A DNA stretch of 64,000 nucleotides, taken from positions 17,677 through 81,676 of the forward strand of contig ONXC01000008.1 in NCBI GenBank assembly GCA_900321715.1. The letters run 5' to 3'. How positions within the stretch are numbered: the first letter of the stretch is position 1; each line of letters begins with the position of its first letter. The notes below the pieces were generated by a model, which saw only the letters and a program-made list of their open reading frames with translations, searched no databases and was not told the DNA's origin. Of this stretch, positions 1 through 9,582 are shown in pieces. The stretch comes from an uncultured Bacteroidales bacterium (lineage in GTDB: Bacteria; Bacteroidota; Bacteroidia; Bacteroidales; UBA932). Position numbers and translations under genes: made by a program.

Positions 1-3000
1 AGACTTTCACCCGCACGTTCGGTCAGAATGAGGAAAAGCCCGCGGTGGAGATTCCCCTGAGGGGCAACATCCTCCCGGACAAAGAGGCCCTCATCCTCCC
101 CTTCCGCGCCGTGAATCTTGGAGCCGTGGAGGTTCGCGTAATAAAGATATATGAGAAGAACGTCCTTGCCTTCCTCCAGGACAATGACCTTAATGGCCGA
201 AGCAACTTAAGGCGCAGCGGAAGGCTCATCTACAAGGGAGACGTTCCCCTTGACCCGTCCAAGGACCTTCAAAAATGGAACACCCACTCCATAGACCTGA
301 GCGGTCTTTTCAAGCAGGAGCCCGGCGCAATTTACCGCATAAGGATAAGCTTCCGCCAGGACCAGAGCCTGTGGGGCGGCAATGAGTATATGTGCAGCCC
401 CGCGGCACCTTCTGGCAAGCCCTCAGTGGCCGATGAAGCCATATGGGACTCCCCCAACAGTTACTACTGGGACAACGACTACAACTGGGAAGAGTACAAC
501 TGGAAGGAGTCCGACGACCCTTCCAAGCCGTCATACTACATGGACAGCGACCGCTTCCCTGCCGTGCAGCTTATCTCCAGTGACCTGGGCCTGATGGCAG
601 AGTATGCCGATGGAGACCGTATTTGGGTGGCAGCCACTGATCTTATTACCGCGCAGCCGGTTTCCGGAGCCAAGATTGAAGTGTTTGACTTCCAGCTTCA
701 GAGCCTTGCAAAGGGAAGTACAGACGGTAAGGGCCTTGCCGAACTCTCTGTTGCCCACAAGCCTTTTGCAGTGGTTGCAAAGGCCGGCGGCAGCACAGCT
801 TATCTTAAGGTAACAAGTGGTAATGAGCGTTCGCTGAGCCGTTTTGATGTTGGAGGTGAAACCATCACCAAAGGCCTCAAATGTTTCATTTACGGAGAGC
901 GCGGAGTATGGCGTCCCGGAGACACCCTCCATGTTACCGCCATTGTGGCCGATAAGAATAAGTCTCTCCCGGAGGGCCATCCCGCCAATCTGGAAGTATA
1001 CACCCCGGAAGGTCAGTTCTATGCCAAGTACGTCCGTAAAGGGACCGACGGCTTCTACAGCTTTGCCGTTCCCACTAAGGCCGATGACCCCACAGGCTAC
1101 TGGAACGCATACCTTAAGGTGGGAGGAAGCAGCTTCCACAAGACTTTACATATTGAAACAATAAAGCCCAACAGGCTCAAGATTAATACATCCTACCCCG
1201 ATATCCTTCAGGCAGGGGAAAAGATTAACGTAAAGACTCATGCCAGCTGGCTTACCGGCAGCGTGGCCGGAGGCAACGACGTAAGTGCCAAGATTACCCT
1301 GAAAAAGGTTGGAGGCACGGCCTTCAAGGGTTTTGAAAAATATACCTTCAATAACCCGGCAAGTCAGTTTACCAGTGCGGAATATGACCTTTACAAGGGC
1401 CGTATGGATGCTCAGGGCAACTTTAGCGCGCAGGTTCAGCTTCCGCTGGCCCAAAATGCTCCTGGCATGCTCCAGGCAACAGTTGTAACATCTGTGGAAG
1501 AACCCGGCGGCGACGAAAGTTTCACAACTGAGACCCTTCCATACTCGCCTTTCGGCGCTTATGTAGGACTTAAAGTCCCTGAAGGAGAGTATCTGGAGAC
1601 CGACACAGACCAGGTATTCAAAATTGTATCCGTAGACGCCCACGGTAACAGGATCAAAGGCCGCAGGATTGAATACGCCGTGTACAAAGTGGGCTGGAAC
1701 TGGTGGTGGGACAACCCCGGAGGAGACCTTGATGCATACGTTTCCGGCAACTCTGTGAAGAAGATTGCTAACGGGAATGTTGTTAGTGGTAACACTGATG
1801 TTTCATTCACTGTGCGTGAGGAATATCCGGAGTGGGGTAGGTACCTCATTCTGGCCCGTGACACAGGTAGTGGTCATGTTACTGGCGATTTTGTAACATT
1901 TGACTGGCCGGAGTACCGTGGAAGGGCATCCAGGAAAGATCCTGAAGCGCTCACTATGATTACCTTCTCTACGGATAAGCCGTCATACACCGTAGGAGAA
2001 AAAGCCACGGTGTACATACCTGGAGCAAGGGATGGCAAGGCTCTGGTATCACTTGAAAATGCCAGTGGAGTAATCTCCAGGAACTGGGTGAAGACATCGG
2101 AAAATGATACTCCATATGAAATTAGCATAACGCCGGAAATGGCGCCCAACTTCTACATCAATATTACGCTGCTCCAGCCATACGGAAACAGCACCAACGA
2201 TCTTCCCATAAGACTCTATGGTGTCCAGCGTGTCAATGTAGAGAATCCGGGCTCCCACCTTGCTCCGGTAGTATCAATTCCTGATATCCTTCACCCTGAG
2301 GAAGAGTTCACCGTAAAGGTATCAGAGAAGACCGGAAAGCCCATGACCTATACACTTGCCATAGTTGACGAAGGACTTCTGGACCTTACCGCATTCAAGA
2401 CCCCTGATCCATGGAGCAGGATGTTCAGGCCGGAAGCCCTGGGCGTAAAGACCTGGGACCTCTATGATCAGGTGATAGGTGCATACGGCGCAAAACTCTC
2501 ACCGCTTGCCGCAATAGGCGGTGACGAGGATGCCATAAAGAGCGCCCGCAAGGACAACCGCTTCAACCCCGCCGTGCTGTTCCTGGAGCCAAGGACGCTC
2601 AAAGCCAAGGGAACCGATGTTCTGAAATTGAAACTCCCCATGTACGTGGGAAGCGTGCGCGTCATGCTTATTGCAGCCCATGACGGAGCTTACGGAAACG
2701 CAGAAAAGACCGTCACCGTACAGAATCCTCTGATGGTTGTCACTACCCTGCCCCGCATCCTTGGAAACGGAGAGGAGGTAAAGGTTCCGGTCAATGTCTT
2801 TGCAATGGAAGACGGCGTTAAGGAGGCTTCGGTAACCATCAAGGCCGATGGTCCCGCAAGTATTATCGGCCCCTCTACCCAGAAGCTCAGCTTCTCCGGT
2901 AAGGGAGATAAACTCATAAGTTTTGGCCTCAAGGCAAATGGAGAAGGCGTGACCCACGTTACCGTGAACGCTTCCGGCTCTGGCCATAAGGCATCAGAGA

Positions 3001-4409
3001 CAATTGCCCTCACGGTACAGAACCCTTACCCGGAGGTAACAAAAGTAGAACGCTTTACCCTTGAGAAGGGTCAGTCCCGTGACATTCCGGAAGGCTCCAC
3101 CGTGCAGCTTGCCGGCTTCCCTGCCCTTGATGCAAGTAAACTTTACCTTGATATGAAAGAGTATCCGTATAGCTGCGGTGAGCAGTTATCGGCAAGGGGC
3201 ATCACCATCCTTAGCCTTCTTCCCATGCTGGGAGCTCAGGACAAGGCCGATGCAAATGCCCTTATTCCGGACCTTATCCAGACACTCTACTCAAGGCAGA
3301 ATCAGGATGGCGGCTTTGCCTACTGGAGCGGCGGCAAGAGTGACCCCTGGGTATCGTCCATGGCCGGCCAATTCCTCACACTTGCCGGTAAGGAAGGCTT
3401 TGCTGTAAATTCAGGAGTTCTCAAATCATGGAAGAGTTTCCAGAAGAAGATGAGCCAGGCATACCGGCTGCTTGGAGAAGACTGGTTCCCGCAGCTGGAC
3501 GAGTCCTACAGACTGTACACCCTTGCACTTGCCGGTGAACCCAACCTCTCATCCATGAACCGTCTGAAGGAATCCGGCAAACTTGGAGAACGCGCGCGCT
3601 GGATGCTTGCAAGCGCTTACGCCATCTCCGGCAAGAAGGCACAGGCCGATGCCCTCCTTGAAGGCATAGGCAAGGAGTTCCCGGAATACGAACCTTATAA
3701 TTTAACTTTTGGAACATCTACCCGTGACAGGATGGTAGCCCTTGAAGCGCTTGTGCGCACTGAAAGGATTGCCGATGCCCTTGCGCTGGCTTCCGAAGAA
3801 CTGCCCAGCTGGGAGCTCTCAACCCAGGAAAGCGCCTTCACCGCAGTTGCCTATAGAGCCTTATATGATAAGGTACCTGGTAGCGCTCCTACAGTGAAGG
3901 AAAATGAGAAGAAGGTGGAGAATACCTCCGAAGGAAGGCTCTACGGCACCCTTCTCACCGCTTCCCGTGACCCCAGATCAAAGGCTCTCTCAAGCGGTAT
4001 CAAGCTTGAGGTGAAGTATGTGGGAGAAGACGGCAAGGCGCTCAATCCCCAGTCCATTGCACAGGGCACACGCTTCAAGGCAGTGGTTAAAGTTACAAAC
4101 GCCTCCCCTGCCCGCGCGCTGGAGTCCCTGGCCCTGAGCCTTGCCATTCCTTCCGGATGGGAGATCATTAACGACCGCCTCACCGGAGCCGTCACTGAGG
4201 AAGACGGCTATGACCACCTTGATATCCGTGACACCAGGGCCGATTGGTTCTTCGGCCTTCCCGCCGGTAGGACCAAGTCATTCAGTATCGGCCTACGCGC
4301 AGCATATGAGGGCAGCTTTGTGATGCCCGCAACCGTTTGCCAGGCCATGTACGAGCCCGCCATCACCGCCAGCACCCCTGACGGCGTAGCAGTTGTTAAT
4401 GCACACTGA
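1..4409 (+). CDS. Bacterial alpha-2-macroglobulin (YfhM-like), 5'-truncated by the window edge
   Basis: Frame is open from position 3, so the true start lies upstream. Contains the MG2 motif GERGVWRPGD, LAIVDEGLL, thioester YPYSCGEQ (CGEQ 3174-3185), QNQDGGFAYW and C-terminal AMYEP; directly followed by pbpC as in the usual yfhM-pbpC pair. Confidence 0.95.
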   Translation, partial: TFTRTFGQNEEKPAVEIPLRGNILPDKEALILPFRAVNLGAVEVRVIKIYEKNVLAFLQDNDLNGRSNLRRSGRLIYKGDVPLDPSKDLQKWNTHSIDLSGLFKQEPGAIYRIRISFRQDQSLWGGNEYMCSPAAPSGKPSVADEAIWDSPNSYYWDNDYNWEEYNWKESDDPSKPSYYMDSDRFPAVQLISSDLGLMAEYADGDRIWVAATDLITAQPVSGAKIEVFDFQLQSLAKGSTDGKGLAELSVAHKPFAVVAKAGGSTAYLKVTSGNERSLSRFDVGGETITKGLKCFIYGERGVWRPGDTLHVTAIVADKNKSLPEGHPANLEVYTPEGQFYAKYVRKGTDGFYSFAVPTKADDPTGYWNAYLKVGGSSFHKTLHIETIKPNRLKINTSYPDILQAGEKINVKTHASWLTGSVAGGNDVSAKITLKKVGGTAFKGFEKYTFNNPASQFTSAEYDLYKGRMDAQGNFSAQVQLPLAQNAPGMLQATVVTSVEEPGGDESFTTETLPYSPFGAYVGLKVPEGEYLETDTDQVFKIVSVDAHGNRIKGRRIEYAVYKVGWNWWWDNPGGDLDAYVSGNSVKKIANGNVVSGNTDVSFTVREEYPEWGRYLILARDTGSGHVTGDFVTFDWPEYRGRASRKDPEALTMITFSTDKPSYTVGEKATVYIPGARDGKALVSLENASGVISRNWVKTSENDTPYEISITPEMAPNFYINITLLQPYGNSTNDLPIRLYGVQRVNVENPGSHLAPVVSIPDILHPEEEFTVKVSEKTGKPMTYTLAIVDEGLLDLTAFKTPDPWSRMFRPEALGVKTWDLYDQVIGAYGAKLSPLAAIGGDEDAIKSARKDNRFNPAVLFLEPRTLKAKGTDVLKLKLPMYVGSVRVMLIAAHDGAYGNAEKTVTVQNPLMVVTTLPRILGNGEEVKVPVNVFAMEDGVKEASVTIKADGPASIIGPSTQKLSFSGKGDKLISFGLKANGEGVTHVTVNASGSGHKASETIALTVQNPYPEVTKVERFTLEKGQSRDIPEGSTVQLAGFPALDASKLYLDMKEYPYSCGEQLSARGITILSLLPMLGAQDKADANALIPDLIQTLYSRQNQDGGFAYWSGGKSDPWVSSMAGQFLTLAGKEGFAVNSGVLKSWKSFQKKMSQAYRLLGEDWFPQLDESYRLYTLALAGEPNLSSMNRLKESGKLGERARWMLASAYAISGKKAQADALLEGIGKEFPEYEPYNLTFGTSTRDRMVALEALVRTERIADALALASEELPSWELSTQESAFTAVAYRALYDKVPGSAPTVKENEKKVENTSEGRLYGTLLTASRDPRSKALSSGIKLEVKYVGEDGKALNPQSIAQGTRFKAVVKVTNASPARALESLALSLAIPSGWEIINDRLTGAVTEEDGYDHLDIRDTRADWFFGLPAGRTKSFSIGLRAAYEGSFVMPATVCQAMYEPAITASTPDGVAVVNAH

Positions 4410-4500
4410 CAGTCTTAGTCATATTATTATGGTAAAACGTGACTAAGATTGTCAGAAGAAACAATCTTAGTCATGAAATGGGGCTAAAACATGACTAAGA
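4407..4500. repeat. Four-arm alternating inverted-repeat array (REP/BIME-like), core TCTTAGTCA/TGACTAAGA
   Basis: TCTTAGTCAT 4413-4422, GTGACTAAGA 4439-4448, TCTTAGTCAT 4465-4474, ATGACTAAGA 4491-4500. Each pair has a 16-nt spacer; period 52 nt. Confidence 0.85.
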
Positions 4501-6611
4501 GAAGGTGGTGGATAATTGGTATGGCAGCCGCGCTGTTTCTGGCGTGGCTGCTGTGCCTTCCACGCAACCTTTTCAAGGGAACGGTATACTCCACGGTTGT
4601 AGAGAGCGCGGAGGGAGAACTTCTTGGGGCCAGGATTGCCGATGACGGGCAGTGGAGGTTCCCACCTTCTACCGAAGTTCCGGAGCGATTTGCAACTGCC
4701 CTGGTGCAGTTTGAGGACAAGAGGTTCTGGTGGCATCCGGGAGTGGATTTCCTTGCCGTTGGACGCGCTTTTAAAGACAATATAAAGGAAGGGCACACCG
4801 TGAGCGGCGGATCCACCATCACAATGCAGGTGATACGTCTTTCACGTGGAAAAGAGCGCACAATATGGCAGAAAATCATTGAGGCCGTGCAGGCCACAAG
4901 GCTGGAACTGAGGTACTCAAAGAAAAAGATACTTGCCCTCTACGCATCACACGCCCCGTTTGGCGGAAACGTAGTTGGACTTGAAGCCGCCGCGTGGAGA
5001 TACTTCGGGAGACCTGCCGATGAACTCTCATGGGCGGAATCTGCCACACTTGCCATACTCCCCAACTCACCGGCATCAATGCACCCTAGAAAGAACAGGG
5101 ACGCTCTTAAAGAAAAAAGGGACAGACTGCTTGAACGCCTCTGCAAAAAAGGATACATAGACCGCGAAACACTTGAAGCATCACTTGAAGAGCCCCTACC
5201 TGAAGTACCACTTCAACTCCCCAGCTATGCCAGACACTATGTAGAGCACTGCACAAAGGGACAGAAAACAAGGACTGGAATAAAATTCACACTCCAGAAA
5301 GCAGTGGAAGAGGTATGCGACAGGCGCAGCGACGACCTATCAGAGGAAGGAATTGCCGATATGGCAGCCGTTGTAATAGACAACGGCACAGGAGATATAA
5401 TTGTCTATGTAGGCAATACATCAAAGGACAGGAAGAGGCCTGGCGTAGATGTAGACGTTGCATCATCTCCAAGATCCACAGGCAGTATACTTAAACCAGT
5501 TTTATTTAAAGCAGCACTTGAGGAAGGGACAATTCTACCGGCCACTCTTCTTCCTGACATCCCTGTAAACTTAAGCGGATTTGCGCCTCAGAACTTTGAT
5601 CATCAGTTCTACGGAGCTGTGCACGCTAATAACGCACTGGCCCGCTCGCTAAACATACCGGCAGTATTTTTACTACAGGAATACGGCGTTCCAAGGTTCT
5701 TAGAGCGTTTGCAAAATTGTAACATAAGCACTTTAGAAAATGATGCGTCGCACTATGGTCTCTCACTCATTCTGGGAGGCGGAGAGTGCCGGTTGGATGA
5801 GGTGACAAGGATGTACTCAAAAATGGCCGTGGAGGCCTCTGAAAGCCTTTCTGCGTGGTATACAATGGATGCTCTGAAAGAGGTGAACCGCCCCGACGAA
5901 CTTGACTGGCGCCTCATAAGATCCGTAAGGAAAGCCGCCTGGAAAACCGGCACCAGTTATGGCTTCAGGGATGCCTGGGCCGTTGGAATGACACCGCATT
6001 ATACCATAGGTGTATGGGCAGGAAACGCTGAGGGGCAGGGCGTAGCCGGCCTTACAGGGGCACGTGCCGCCGGCCCGGTAATGTTTGACATACTTAACCT
6101 CCTTCCAGCTGAATCAAGCTGGTTTGAGATGCCATCAAAAGACGGAGAATACGTGAAGATATGCAAGGACAGCGGCCACCTTGCCGGACCTGACTGTACA
6201 GATACAGAGGACATGCTGATTCCCAAAGCCGGCCTTGAAACGGAGCCGTGTCCGTACCATAAGACAGGGGAATTTGTGCTGCCACCGGCAATGGAGTGGT
6301 ATTACAGGCCGCATCACCCGGAATACAAGGGCGCAACACATAATACAACAAGCGCTATAGCCTTCATATACCCATCAAACGGCAGTACAATCCAGCTTCC
6401 ACGCCAACTCTCAGGAGAAATTGAAGGCGCGGTATTCAGAGCCGCACATCACAATCCAGAAACAAAAATATGGTGGCATCTGGACGGCAGCTACATAGGA
6501 GAAACGCAGCTTATCCATGAGATGAGACTCTCCCCTGAAAAGGGTAAACACGTGCTCACAATAGTGGATGAAAACGGAGAGACAGCCTCAATAAGATTCA
6601 ATATCCTTTAG
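4491..6611 (+). CDS. pbpC: Penicillin-binding protein 1C
   Basis: N-terminal membrane anchor; transglycosylase motifs EDKRF and GGSTITMQ; transpeptidase SILK, SLN and KTGT motifs; C-terminal PBP1C domain; synteny with alpha-2-macroglobulin. Confidence 0.95.
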   Translation: MTKRRWWIIGMAAALFLAWLLCLPRNLFKGTVYSTVVESAEGELLGARIADDGQWRFPPSTEVPERFATALVQFEDKRFWWHPGVDFLAVGRAFKDNIKEGHTVSGGSTITMQVIRLSRGKERTIWQKIIEAVQATRLELRYSKKKILALYASHAPFGGNVVGLEAAAWRYFGRPADELSWAESATLAILPNSPASMHPRKNRDALKEKRDRLLERLCKKGYIDRETLEASLEEPLPEVPLQLPSYARHYVEHCTKGQKTRTGIKFTLQKAVEEVCDRRSDDLSEEGIADMAAVVIDNGTGDIIVYVGNTSKDRKRPGVDVDVASSPRSTGSILKPVLFKAALEEGTILPATLLPDIPVNLSGFAPQNFDHQFYGAVHANNALARSLNIPAVFLLQEYGVPRFLERLQNCNISTLENDASHYGLSLILGGGECRLDEVTRMYSKMAVEASESLSAWYTMDALKEVNRPDELDWRLIRSVRKAAWKTGTSYGFRDAWAVGMTPHYTIGVWAGNAEGQGVAGLTGARAAGPVMFDILNLLPAESSWFEMPSKDGEYVKICKDSGHLAGPDCTDTEDMLIPKAGLETEPCPYHKTGEFVLPPAMEWYYRPHHPEYKGATHNTTSAIAFIYPSNGSTIQLPRQLSGEIEGAVFRAAHHNPETKIWWHLDGSYIGETQLIHEMRLSPEKGKHVLTIVDENGETASIRFNIL

Positions 6612-6628
6612 CTGGAAATTGCCAAAAG

Positions 6629-6662
6629 TGTTTCAAAATTAAAGCTTATAGATTTTGAAACA
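6629..6662. terminator. Inverted repeat between convergent genes (possible bidirectional terminator or protein-binding site)
   Basis: TGTTTCAAAAT (6629-6639), 12-nt loop, ATTTTGAAACA (6652-6662); AT-rich stem. Confidence 0.4.
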
Positions 6663-8438
6663 TTATCGGGCTCTGACAGGCGTGTGGAGCAGATATGTGA
6701 GCGATAATTTTGCCTGTGTAGGCCTCAGAAATACATTTCTGGTATCTTCCTGTACTACCAGACGGTCCGGTGCTTCTGCATTATAGATGCGGTACTGAGA
6801 AAAGACAGGACCTACACCAAGTTCAGCAGTAAGTCTCCACCATGGACTGAGCGCCCAGGTGTATCCACCACCCAGCGACAGTTTTATTTCCTCTCCCTGC
6901 ACACCGGTAGGATTCCAAAGGGCAAAGTCATAGTAACCAGCTCCTACTGAGGCACTTGCAAACCAGCCGCGCATTACGTTTTGGTCCCTGAGCTCCCAGG
7001 GCTTGAAATAATAGCGTGCTCCAAGATCAATATGCGCAAGTTGGAATGCAAATGATTTGCTGCGCTCCTTCCACCAGGGGAAAATATAGTCTGCAGTTAT
7101 ATCCCAGTGCTTACCAACAGGAATGTCCAGAGAAACATTAACTCCACTTACCGCATCAAAGAGAAGATTGGTTCCTACACCAAAGAGGACGGTTTGCGGT
7201 TTTGCTGTTTTAGAAATAATTTCTGATTCTTTGACGGGCTCTGTTACAGGCTCTTGCGTGACCGGTTTTACAGGCTCCTCAACGGGAGCTTCCGGCTCTT
7301 CAACCGGCTCCTCTTCTACAACAACGGGCTTTTCAGGCTCCACAGGCTCTTCTACAACCACAGGTTCTTCCGTCACAACGGGCTTTTCAGGCTCCTGTGG
7401 CTTCTCCTGTGGCAACTCTTCATCCTCAAGCGTAACAACCACGGAACAGAGCGACAACATCTGGTCTCCCTTGAGAAGCTGCCATGTCCTTCCGCCATCA
7501 AGCGAAAGAAGGGCATGCTTTTTCTGTGCCGACGACAGATTCTGGTTCCTGAGAATCTCAAGAACGGCTGCCTTGTCTTCACCGAAGTACGAATACTCTA
7601 CTGTTGCGGCGAATTTTTCCCAGTCCACCCCGCCGGAGGAAACGGAGATCTTATCTGGAGGATATCCCAGATTGTTTACAATATAATCCTTCACATTCTG
7701 AGCCCTGGCAAGTGAGAGTTTCTCATTTGCCGATGCACTACCATCCGGTGAAGAGTATCCTACAACTTTGATTTCTCCGGTGTACCCGCCGGCAATCTTT
7801 TTCTTAACTGCATCCAGCGTTGCACTATTGCCTTCGGAAAGATCCAACTGACGGTAACCTCTCCGGAACAGGATCTGATCCCTCTCCTGCTCCTGGGCCG
7901 CCAGTATCACCCGGACCTCGGTTTTCCTGAGAGCCGGGAAAGCATTTTTCATAAGATCGTCCCAGGCTTCTCCAACCCAAAGGTCCTGAAGCTGGGCTTT
8001 CCTGTTCTTCCCCGCCATCTCTATGATCTTAAGGGCCTCATCTTTCCAGGGTTTGTCTGAGCGCCTGAGATATGCTGCCACTCCTTTCCAGTCTTCGTCA
8101 ACTGTCTTGACCACAAACAGTGAATCCGAAACACCGTAACGCTGCTTCAGGAACTCAACAGCGTAGAAAGCCCTCTGACCAGCCAGGCGCTTGTTCACAG
8201 AATAAGGACCTTCAGGTGAAGATGAGGAAGTAACCTCAATCCTTGAAACAGATGCACCGGAACCAAGGACGTTATCCAGAGTGCTCACGGCCTTACCGTT
8301 GCTGCGGTAATCCTGGTTTACTTCCGTCTTGCCAACAGGATAGGCAATTTTGGCCGATACACCGTGCTCCTTAGGAGCAGCGTATGCGCCAATACACCCA
8401 AGCAGGGCCAGGACCGATATGAATCCCCTTACTTTCAT
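6663..8438 (-). CDS. Outer-membrane protein: two OmpA-like domains, Pro/Glu/Val linker, C-terminal DUF3575 beta-barrel
   Basis: Start re-called to ATG 8438 (MKVRGFISVL signal peptide, ATGA overlap with the upstream stop). SSPEG..N.RLA..RA and SSPDG..N.KLS..RA OmpA-like motifs; GTNLLFDAV...N...PWW DUF3575 signature. Confidence 0.8.
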   Translation of the reverse strand: MKVRGFISVLALLGCIGAYAAPKEHGVSAKIAYPVGKTEVNQDYRSNGKAVSTLDNVLGSGASVSRIEVTSSSSPEGPYSVNKRLAGQRAFYAVEFLKQRYGVSDSLFVVKTVDEDWKGVAAYLRRSDKPWKDEALKIIEMAGKNRKAQLQDLWVGEAWDDLMKNAFPALRKTEVRVILAAQEQERDQILFRRGYRQLDLSEGNSATLDAVKKKIAGGYTGEIKVVGYSSPDGSASANEKLSLARAQNVKDYIVNNLGYPPDKISVSSGGVDWEKFAATVEYSYFGEDKAAVLEILRNQNLSSAQKKHALLSLDGGRTWQLLKGDQMLSLCSVVVTLEDEELPQEKPQEPEKPVVTEEPVVVEEPVEPEKPVVVEEEPVEEPEAPVEEPVKPVTQEPVTEPVKESEIISKTAKPQTVLFGVGTNLLFDAVSGVNVSLDIPVGKHWDITADYIFPWWKERSKSFAFQLAHIDLGARYYFKPWELRDQNVMRGWFASASVGAGYYDFALWNPTGVQGEEIKLSLGGGYTWALSPWWRLTAELGVGPVFSQYRIYNAEAPDRLVVQEDTRNVFLRPTQAKLSLTYLLHTPVRAR

Positions 8439-9508
8439 AGGTCCAGAGTGCCACTGACGGGAGACTTTCCTGCAACATATTCCGACGGCGACAGCTTGTA
8501 GTAGTCCTTGAACGCCGTGGAGAAATAGGAGGCCGATGCAAAGCCGCACTCGCGGGCTACATCGGCAATGGTGAGTTTACCCTCCAGAAGAAGCCTGGAG
8601 GCATGGTTCATTCTGATGAACTTGAATACGGCCGACGGAGAATACCCCGTCTGGGCCTTTAATTTACGGTTTACGTGGATACGTGAGATCTCAAGGTCTG
8701 CGGCCACCTGCTCCACGCCATAGGCTGGGTTGGAAAGATTGGCTATGACAAGGTCCCACACCTTCTGGCCAAATTCAGAAGCCTTAAGGGCCTCCTCAAT
8801 ACCAAGGGGGGCCGATTCTTCCTTAGCCGCAGGGACCTCCTCTTCCTGAACGGGAGCGGCCTGAACAACAGGCGTTTCTTCCTTCTGAATAACGGGCTCC
8901 ACCTTCTGGACTTCTTTCTCCTCCTTGGACTTTCTTCTGAAAAGAAGGAAGCCAATCAGAAGGCCAAGGAAAAGACCAAGGGCTATCCAGAGGATTGTAG
9001 AAAGCGCCGAGCCTTTCTTCTCTTCCGAAGAAGCATCGGATTCCTGAGTAGGTTCCGTTTCATATTCAAACTCCGGTAAAGAAGGAGCGGAAACGCTGAA
9101 TGGAAGGGTTCTCACAAGTTCCGGGGCATCTCCAGAAAGAGAATACAGCAGGCTGTCCTTTATTATATAAGGTATACCGGCCGATTCTGAAAGCGCTCCA
9201 ACTCCGGATTCAAAAGATGGAACAGCAGAAAAGCCTTCTACGGAAGTGTAGCGGGTGAGCGCACCGGATGCATCCAGGATATAAAGCGTACCTGAAGCGT
9301 CAAAGACCAGGGACTGAGCCGTCACATCATACTTGAGCACGCGCCCGTTTCTTCCGAACCTTAGAAGGCCATCTGACTCCGTTGCCATCCAGAGGGAACC
9401 GTCCGTAGGGCTTACTACCGTTACGGGAGAAGTTTCGCAAGCGAAGCAATTATCCTGCACCTGAAGGGCCAGAATAAGGACAAACGGTATGAGCAGTTTC
9501 CAATTCAA
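8435..9508 (-). CDS. Membrane-anchored AraC regulator with a short periplasmic beta-propeller fragment (hybrid two-component system (HTCS)-like, no kinase or receiver)
   Basis: Signal-like N-terminus; DGSLWMATESDGLLRF propeller blade; TM ILWIALGLFLGLLIGFLLF; C-terminal AraC HTH IADVARECGFASASYFSTAFK. Confidence 0.8.
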   Translation of the reverse strand: MNWKLLIPFVLILALQVQDNCFACETSPVTVVSPTDGSLWMATESDGLLRFGRNGRVLKYDVTAQSLVFDASGTLYILDASGALTRYTSVEGFSAVPSFESGVGALSESAGIPYIIKDSLLYSLSGDAPELVRTLPFSVSAPSLPEFEYETEPTQESDASSEEKKGSALSTILWIALGLFLGLLIGFLLFRRKSKEEKEVQKVEPVIQKEETPVVQAAPVQEEEVPAAKEESAPLGIEEALKASEFGQKVWDLVIANLSNPAYGVEQVAADLEISRIHVNRKLKAQTGYSPSAVFKFIRMNHASRLLLEGKLTIADVARECGFASASYFSTAFKDYYKLSPSEYVAGKSPVSGTLDL

Positions 9509-9534
9509 AAAAAGTACGCCTTATACAAGACGTA

Positions 9535-9566
9535 CAAATTTAATTTAATTTTTGGAACATTACAAG
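9535..9566 (-). promoter_or_regulatory. Bacteroidetes sigma-A-type promoter for the 9508 gene
   Basis: -7 TAAATTTG (9542-9535) and -33-like CTTG (9566-9563), 20-nt spacer. Confidence 0.55.
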
Positions 9567-9582
9567 TATTAAAAACCAAAAA

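Noticed and set aside
8439-8549. Extended N-terminus of the 628-aa ORF (likewise the starts at 32968, 46080 and 52118)
   Set aside because: Downstream ATGs give clean signal peptides, and at 8438 and 32950 also typical ATGA overlaps with the upstream stop.
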